Of a DNA stretch of 32,596 bases, positions 27,181 to 32,596 are shown in pieces (within the stretch, counting starts at the first letter, position 1; every line of letters begins with the position of its first letter). Origin of the DNA: Methanocellales archaeon. GTDB taxonomy: Archaea > Halobacteriota > JAWCLZ01. Where the stretch lies: NCBI GenBank assembly GCA_037443105.1, contig JBBIOZ010000001.1, positions 25,439 to 58,034 of the forward strand, given 5' to 3'. Under the pieces are notes generated by a model. That model ran no database searches, was not told the DNA's origin, and saw only the letters and a list, made by a program, of their open reading frames with translations. Position numbers and translations under genes: made by a program.

Positions 27181-27759
27181 TTAATCCAGCTCTCGCCTTT
27201 GATAGCTATCTTTAACCCCTGCCTTCTCCAGTTCAAGGAGGATTTCTTTCTCGCTTTTCCCTCCTTTAATTATCTGTCTAAATGTCTCGGAGACCTCCCA
27301 GGGGAAGACAACCCAAACGCTGGTTTCAAGGCTATAGAAATCAGGTATAATTTTTGATCTAGGTTTTTTCACAATGGTAACTGTTAAGATCTCTCCTGCT
27401 TCATTTTCCCTCAAATGACTTTGAGCCAGCTCCAAGCTCTCCCCTGTGTCAGCGATGTCATCCACTAGTAAAATTCTTTTGCCCCTCAAATTTAACGGCA
27501 GTGGGTAAACTATCCTAGGCTTCTTAGCTCTTTGATCGATGGAGGTATAGAATTTTATTCTCATCGTAAGCAACTCATCTACATCAAGCAAGTCTGAGAA
27601 AATGCGAGCAGGCACCCAGCCCCCCCTCGCTATGCCAACTATAACCTCCGGCTTGAAGCCACTTTGCTTTATCCTTCTATATAGAGCTTCACAATGTTTT
27701 TCAATTTCCTCCCAAGTCAGCCTTAAATATTCCATTGCGAAATCGAAATAGGAGGGCAA
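27181..27759 (-). CDS. hpt: Archaeal Hpt-type purine phosphoribosyltransferase
   Basis: PRPP-binding motif ILLVDDIADTGESL; N-terminal VIVGIARGGWVPARI is typical of archaeal hypoxanthine/guanine PRTases. Confidence 0.8.
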   Translation of the reverse strand: MPSYFDFAMEYLRLTWEEIEKHCEALYRRIKQSGFKPEVIVGIARGGWVPARIFSDLLDVDELLTMRIKFYTSIDQRAKKPRIVYPLPLNLRGKRILLVDDIADTGESLELAQSHLRENEAGEILTVTIVKKPRSKIIPDFYSLETSVWVVFPWEVSETFRQIIKGGKSEKEILLELEKAGVKDSYQRRELD

Positions 27760-27793
27760 AGTACTTTATGTTATCGGTTATTATAAGAAATTA

Positions 27794-28567
27794 ATGAAGC
27801 AAGAAATGAAGCAGGAAAAGGCTATAATTCGAGAGGTCTTCAATAGCATACAGGGGGAGGGCTTATATCTTGGAGTTAGACAATTATTCGTGCGCTTTCA
27901 AGGCTGCCCCCTGCGCTGCAACTACTGCGATTCCAGTGAAACTTGGAATTATGAACTTGAGAGCTGTAGAGTTGAAAAAACACCTGGAGCTAGAGATTTC
28001 TATAATGTGAGAAATCCATTGAATGTAAGTTCGCTTGAGAGAATAATTAAAAAGCTCTGGCTGCCTAGTACAAAGCATATTAGTTTAACAGGCGGCGAGC
28101 CCCTGCTCTTCGCAAGCTATATAGCTGAACTTGGCTCTAAGATCGATAAAAAACTTTACTTGGAGACAAACTCAGCTCTTCCCGCTCAAGCTGAGCAAGT
28201 CAAGCATTGCATCGATGTTGCCTCTTGCGATATAAAACTGCTTGAGCATGGTAGTTTCGATGATTATGATCAGCTTTTGAAAGATGAACTTGAGACTCTA
28301 AAGATTTTTCACAGAGCCAAGGTAGACCTATTTGCAAAGATCGTTATATTAGAGGAAACAACTCCAGCAAGTTTATCGCCTGCAGTTGAAGGCATAGCTC
28401 GAATTTCAAAGAGAATTCCACTGGTACTTCAGCCTGTAACTCCAGCTGGGAGAATAAAAGCCAAGCCAACTCCTAGCAAATTACTTGAACTCATGGAATT
28501 CGCAGGGAGAAAACTTTTAGATGTAAGAGTGATTCCTCAAGTTCATAAAATTGCAGGCTTTCTGTAG
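27794..28567 (+). CDS. queE: 7-carboxy-7-deazaguanine synthase QueE (radical SAM)
   Basis: EVFNSIQGEG, radical SAM CPLRCNYCDS, and LTGGEPLL. The start is either ATG 27794 or the duplicated ATG at 27806. Confidence 0.88.
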   Translation: MKQEMKQEKAIIREVFNSIQGEGLYLGVRQLFVRFQGCPLRCNYCDSSETWNYELESCRVEKTPGARDFYNVRNPLNVSSLERIIKKLWLPSTKHISLTGGEPLLFASYIAELGSKIDKKLYLETNSALPAQAEQVKHCIDVASCDIKLLEHGSFDDYDQLLKDELETLKIFHRAKVDLFAKIVILEETTPASLSPAVEGIARISKRIPLVLQPVTPAGRIKAKPTPSKLLELMEFAGRKLLDVRVIPQVHKIAGFL

Positions 28568-28584
28568 CGTCTTTATTATTTGCC

Positions 28585-28630
28585 ATTTTGAAATAATTGC
28601 ATTAAATATTTTGAAATAATTGCATTAAAT
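28585..28630. repeat. Perfect 23-bp tandem duplication in the convergent queE / hypothetical-gene spacer
   Basis: attttgaaataattgcattaaat occurs twice with no spacer. The second copy contains the last two sense codons and the stop of ORF 28625-29194. Confidence 0.95.
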
Positions 28631-29194
28631 ACTCCATAGCTTTCTCCACCAAAATTGCTCAGGAACTGGGAATGGAAGCGCTGCTTCTCCATATCCATAT
28701 TTCTTCGAAATCTCTTCAACATTTGCCTTCAATATTCTATCTGCTGCTTCCAAGCGCTTCTCAAATTTCAAGGTCTCTCTTTTGCCCTTTACCTCTACAA
28801 GTTCATATTGAATGCGATCTCTAATTTCAAGTAATTGCAAATAGATTTCAGGGTCGTTTTTAAGTAGATTTTGAATATAAAATTCATATTTATTCAAAAG
28901 CCTAATGAGGTCATGTTCAATGGCATTTAAATAGCTCTCGCTATTCTCACTTACCATTTTAATGAAACGTTGATCGAGTTTTTTAACTCTATCCTTGAGG
29001 TTTTTAAGTCGTAGATCGTGCTGAAAGGGAAATTTATTGAGATGGCTCAAAATTAGCTTTAACTCATTGAATTTCGAAACCACTATTCCAATTGCCTCAG
29101 TATCGAAGTTTTTTGAAATATTATTTAAATTCTCCTCATAGCTCTTGAGGTAATCCTCAGCTATCCACATTAATTCTTCATAGGTTGCGGCCAT
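28625..29194 (-). CDS. Hypothetical helical / coiled-coil protein (189 aa)
   Basis: I recognise no motif. Its ATG directly abuts the stop of the upstream nucleotidyltransferase gene (TAAATG), so it is the last gene of that operon. Confidence 0.5.
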   Translation of the reverse strand: MAATYEELMWIAEDYLKSYEENLNNISKNFDTEAIGIVVSKFNELKLILSHLNKFPFQHDLRLKNLKDRVKKLDQRFIKMVSENSESYLNAIEHDLIRLLNKYEFYIQNLLKNDPEIYLQLLEIRDRIQYELVEVKGKRETLKFEKRLEAADRILKANVEEISKKYGYGEAALPFPVPEQFWWRKLWSI

Positions 29195-30370
29195 TTAAGA
29201 GCCTCCTATTGAGCTGCTATACTTTGGATTGAATACATTTTTCCTGACCGCTGCCCTCGGTTTAATTTCTACTTCTGGCCAGATTAATACATTTGAATGC
29301 ACAGTGGAACCACTCCCAATTAATACCCTTGGTCCAATAACAGCACCATTTTCAACAGTTGAGTTATTCTCAATAATGGTATTATTATCAATGATCGATC
29401 CTGATATCGATGCATTACTTCCAATTTTCACCCCATTATAGATATAGGAGGAAAAAATTTGAGAGTTGGCTCCAATTTCACAGTCAGAGCCGATTGATGT
29501 ATAGGGGCCTATTAATACATTGCTTCCTATAGTGGTATTGTTGCCTATTACCACCGGTCCAACAATCTCAGATCCCCTTCCAACGGAAACATTATGCCCA
29601 AGAACAAGAGGTCCTTTAATTCTAGCATTTTTAATATCCACCCTTCCCTTAATCTCGGTGCCTGGGAGATGCTCCAGCATCCACCTGCACGCTTCGCGAT
29701 AGGAAGCTGGGTTGCCTATATCCGTCCAATGTCCCCGTGCTAGCCAGCCTGAGATTTTCACCCCTTTTTTAAGCAGCTTTGGAAATAGATCGCGAGCGAA
29801 ATCAAACCTACCTTTAGGAATATAATCAAGCACTTCTGGATTGCAAGCATAGATACCTGTGCTAGCTAGATTGCTGAAGATCTCCCCCATACTTGGCTTT
29901 TCAGTGAATCTTTTAATCTCATATTTAACATTCAAATCCACTATGCCAAATGCTCGTGGATCATCAATGCAAACTAATGCTATTGAAATCAAATTCCCCC
30001 GCTCTTTATGGAAATCCATGAATTCTCTTAAATTTAAATCTAAAACGTGGTCCCCTCCCACCACCAGAAATGGCTCATCTTTTAAATAGCTTTCAGCATT
30101 TTTAACACTTCCAGCGGTGCCAAGTTTTTCTTTCTCATAGGAGTATTTCATGCTAACTCCAAAGAGTGATCCATCGCCAAGGTAGGCTTCAATTTGCTCC
30201 CCTTGATACCCAAGTGTGGCAACGATTTCATCGAAGCCTCTAGCTGATAGATGCTCCACTAAATGTCCAATTGAAGGTTTATTCAAAATCGGTATAGCTG
30301 GCTTGGGTCTATCAAAAGTAAGAGGTCTTAGACGAGTGCCTACGCCTCCGCACATTATGCAAGCCTTCAT
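29195..30370 (-). CDS. Sugar-1-phosphate nucleotidyltransferase with a C-terminal left-handed beta-helix domain
   Basis: N-terminal GGVGTRLRPLTFDRPKP signature. The C-terminal 150 aa consist of hexapeptide-type repeats (IGSN.xIG...). Confidence 0.85.
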   Translation of the reverse strand: MKACIMCGGVGTRLRPLTFDRPKPAIPILNKPSIGHLVEHLSARGFDEIVATLGYQGEQIEAYLGDGSLFGVSMKYSYEKEKLGTAGSVKNAESYLKDEPFLVVGGDHVLDLNLREFMDFHKERGNLISIALVCIDDPRAFGIVDLNVKYEIKRFTEKPSMGEIFSNLASTGIYACNPEVLDYIPKGRFDFARDLFPKLLKKGVKISGWLARGHWTDIGNPASYREACRWMLEHLPGTEIKGRVDIKNARIKGPLVLGHNVSVGRGSEIVGPVVIGNNTTIGSNVLIGPYTSIGSDCEIGANSQIFSSYIYNGVKIGSNASISGSIIDNNTIIENNSTVENGAVIGPRVLIGSGSTVHSNVLIWPEVEIKPRAAVRKNVFNPKYSSSIGGS

Positions 30371-30380
30371 TTTAATCCCC

Positions 30381-32489
30381 CTAAAGTAGCATTTGAAAGT
30401 TGAGATAGGGATCGCACCACTGCGACCACCATTGCACTGGATTTTTAACCGGTATCAATCTCCCTTCACCCACGCTGAAGAGCTCGCTATTATAGAAAAT
30501 TGCACATTCATTCATTTGATGCTCTAAATTTGAAATCAAAATTTGCTTAATCATTTCCATCTCACCCGTTTTTTGAAGCAGATGAATTAAATAAGGCGTA
30601 TCCCTAGGCCATACAACTCCCTCGTGATATTCATTATCATTGAAGTAAATTCTTCGCGTGGAGTTTTTCACGAGCACTCCAAATGGCACCCCATTTCTAT
30701 ATATAAGTAATAAACGCTTCACGTTCTCCATAAAAGCTTTTATTTCCCCCTCGCTGAATATATCTAAATCCAAGAGCAGTGCCATTGCAGTTAAAGCTGG
30801 AGAGCCAGCTATGGTATCCCTTTTACCATCTATTGTTACAGCATTATATAATAAATTGCTTCCCCAGAATAATTCTCTAAAGCTAAGCTTTGCTTTTGTT
30901 AACAGTAATTCGCAGCTCTCTCTCAAAGCTCTATTCCTAGCATTATCAGGAGCGAGTTTTGCAATCTCAAGTATCGCAGTTAATGCTTTAATCCATTGTG
31001 CATTGATCTCAGGGAAAAAAAATTTTGGCTTGCAAGCCTCGTTCTCAGCGTTTTTGCCGAATTCTCGAATTAAACTCACTGCCATTTCATCTGAGAGGCG
31101 AGCTGGTATTAATGTTGAGATGCCTTCAACTTGATACCATCTCTTGGTATCACACCAAGAATGCCAAGCTGGTATCGAGATCAAACCATTTTCATGTAAA
31201 ACTGGTCTCCCATTTACACTCTCCACATCAGCCTTCATATAGCCTTTTAAAGTTGCTTCAAATGCTCTTAAGATCAAGCTTGCGAGTTTTTTATCTCTAA
31301 CTATACTCAGATACCTCCCAGCGGTGATGTATAGCAATAGGGTTGCATCTGCACTGTTATAATCCACCTCTCCATAGGGAGTGATTCTATTAGGTACTTG
31401 CCCATTTTCATTGAGGTGGTCTAAAGCCAAGAGGATGCATCTTTTGATCTCCTGCTGCTTATCTAATAATAAAAGAGTCACGAGATTGCTAAACAAGCCT
31501 TCGAAGCTATCTCTAAACCAAGGACTGCGGAACCAGAAATCACCTGCTTCCGGTATTTTAACTCCACGTATATACATTCCAAAGCTTAGCATTGCAAGTA
31601 CTCTGCAAATAATAGCTCTACTTATCTCTTTAGATGTGCTTTGAAGATCTAGCTTGCGGATTACCTCTGCAGCGATCTCACGCTCAGCAGCCTCATTTGC
31701 ATTATATTCTCGACTTGCTCTCTCAAATAACTTCAACGCTGCCTCTCGAGATTTCCCGCAGGTTATTATCAATGGAATTATATATGAGGAAAACTCCATC
31801 TCACCTAGGGAAACAATTTGCTTATTCTCACCTTTGAATTTTACCTCGCCATTTCGAAGCTCTCTAAAACCTGATCCAAGTTTATACCACCAGTTAACAC
31901 TCTCCCTCCACTGTCTTATCTTGGGTGTTAAATCAACTGCTCCTATAATTATGTACTTCCCACCTCTACTTATCAATAATTTCCCATTCTCAGCAGCGCC
32001 TTCATGCGCCTCAGGATTGGAGGCTTCATACATATGGCGTATATCAGCATATGGCTCTACATCTATGGAATAATCCTGAGGGGCTTGCAGGGTTAATAGA
32101 ACTCTTGCAGCACTCTCGCTTGGTTCTTCATATCGAAGTAAATAGTAGTCTACGTTGAGCTTGAAATTTTCACCTTCATAGCGATAGATCATTTTCCAAG
32201 GATAAAGTAATACTGAGCTTGCCTTCAAGGGTAAATAGCGTCCTTCTTTTTTAATTCCAATTGCAATGCCATCCAAGAACTTCCAGTTCTCGCCATTGAT
32301 TAACATATGAAGGCCTTGATAGGGATAATCTCGATTGGGAATCACTTTATCTTCAAAGCAGCATGAAAAAATCGATTGAGACCAAGTGGCTTGAGGGCGC
32401 TTTAAAACAGCTTGCTTTATAAGTGCACCGCTGTAACTTAAATCCTCAACTGCTGGTAGCTCTATAGCTAAATCCTCCACAGAAATCAT
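30381..32489 (-). CDS. Glycogen debranching enzyme / amylo-alpha-1,6-glucosidase family protein (archaeal type)
   Basis: Central FWFRSPWFRDSFEG (the WFGRD-type motif of the GDE_C alpha/alpha-toroid), EGVVWPRD near the C-terminus, and a length of about 700 aa. Confidence 0.75.
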   Translation of the reverse strand: MISVEDLAIELPAVEDLSYSGALIKQAVLKRPQATWSQSIFSCCFEDKVIPNRDYPYQGLHMLINGENWKFLDGIAIGIKKEGRYLPLKASSVLLYPWKMIYRYEGENFKLNVDYYLLRYEEPSESAARVLLTLQAPQDYSIDVEPYADIRHMYEASNPEAHEGAAENGKLLISRGGKYIIIGAVDLTPKIRQWRESVNWWYKLGSGFRELRNGEVKFKGENKQIVSLGEMEFSSYIIPLIITCGKSREAALKLFERASREYNANEAAEREIAAEVIRKLDLQSTSKEISRAIICRVLAMLSFGMYIRGVKIPEAGDFWFRSPWFRDSFEGLFSNLVTLLLLDKQQEIKRCILLALDHLNENGQVPNRITPYGEVDYNSADATLLLYITAGRYLSIVRDKKLASLILRAFEATLKGYMKADVESVNGRPVLHENGLISIPAWHSWCDTKRWYQVEGISTLIPARLSDEMAVSLIREFGKNAENEACKPKFFFPEINAQWIKALTAILEIAKLAPDNARNRALRESCELLLTKAKLSFRELFWGSNLLYNAVTIDGKRDTIAGSPALTAMALLLDLDIFSEGEIKAFMENVKRLLLIYRNGVPFGVLVKNSTRRIYFNDNEYHEGVVWPRDTPYLIHLLQKTGEMEMIKQILISNLEHQMNECAIFYNSELFSVGEGRLIPVKNPVQWWSQWCDPYLNFQMLL

Positions 32490-32596
32490 AGTTACCCTAT
32501 TGCTGCGGGAATACTTAAAATTTGTTTTATTTCCTTATTTTTTTAATTTTTTAACCCCCTTTTTCCCAATTTAATAAACTAGAAATAAAAAATTAA

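Noticed and set aside
28585-28630. CRISPR array or other spaced repeat array.
   Set aside because: There are only two copies, directly adjacent with no spacers. The other duplications in the window are likewise two-copy and unrelated in sequence. No cas genes are present.
1-32596. A recognisable anti-phage defence, toxin-antitoxin or secondary-metabolite cluster.
   Set aside because: I could find no nuclease/helicase/methylase triads, toxin-antitoxin-sized pairs, cas genes, or PKS/NRPS/RiPP hallmarks. The only candidate for an undescribed system is the extended que locus, reported above.

Overview
This is a moderately AT-rich archaeal (euryarchaeote-like) chromosomal core region, densely packed with housekeeping genes. 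All assignments come from reading motifs in the supplied translations; no alignment or HMM search was run.

Gene order, left to right:
- A partial xylose-isomerase-like TIM-barrel gene.
- A minus-strand run: branched-chain amino-acid ABC binding protein, livG, livF, alaX and a radical SAM gene. It sits divergent from livH-livM.
- FEN1.
- A small zinc-ribbon ORF convergently overlapping a secreted transglutaminase-like protein.
- An archaeal histone followed 1 nt later by tRNA-Val(UAC).
- coaBC and pantoate kinase (archaeal CoA pathway).
- orc1/cdc6, next to a 361-bp AT-rich spacer with two inverted ORB-like boxes (candidate oriC).
- A co-directional chaperone block: thermosome, grpE, dnaK, dnaJ, a DUF2148-like protein and a DedA-like protein.
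- pgk.
- An Lrp/AsnC regulator, a class I aminotransferase and a TIM-barrel protein.
- An MFS transporter with a small wHTH gene.
- A 7-deazaguanine (preQ0) locus.
- A glycogen-type block: debranching enzyme, sugar-1-P nucleotidyltransferase and an unknown coiled-coil protein.

There is no CRISPR array, transposase, integrase or recognisable defence gene.

The most unusual stretch is the preQ0 locus (24806-28567). Its queD is frameshifted and missing from the ORF track. It also carries three non-canonical members: a DUF366-like protein with a BirA/LplA-like ligase motif, an alpha/beta hydrolase translationally coupled to queC, and an embedded Hpt-type phosphoribosyltransferase.

A secondary pattern is five short, perfect or near-perfect tandem duplications of 11-24 bp scattered through the window.
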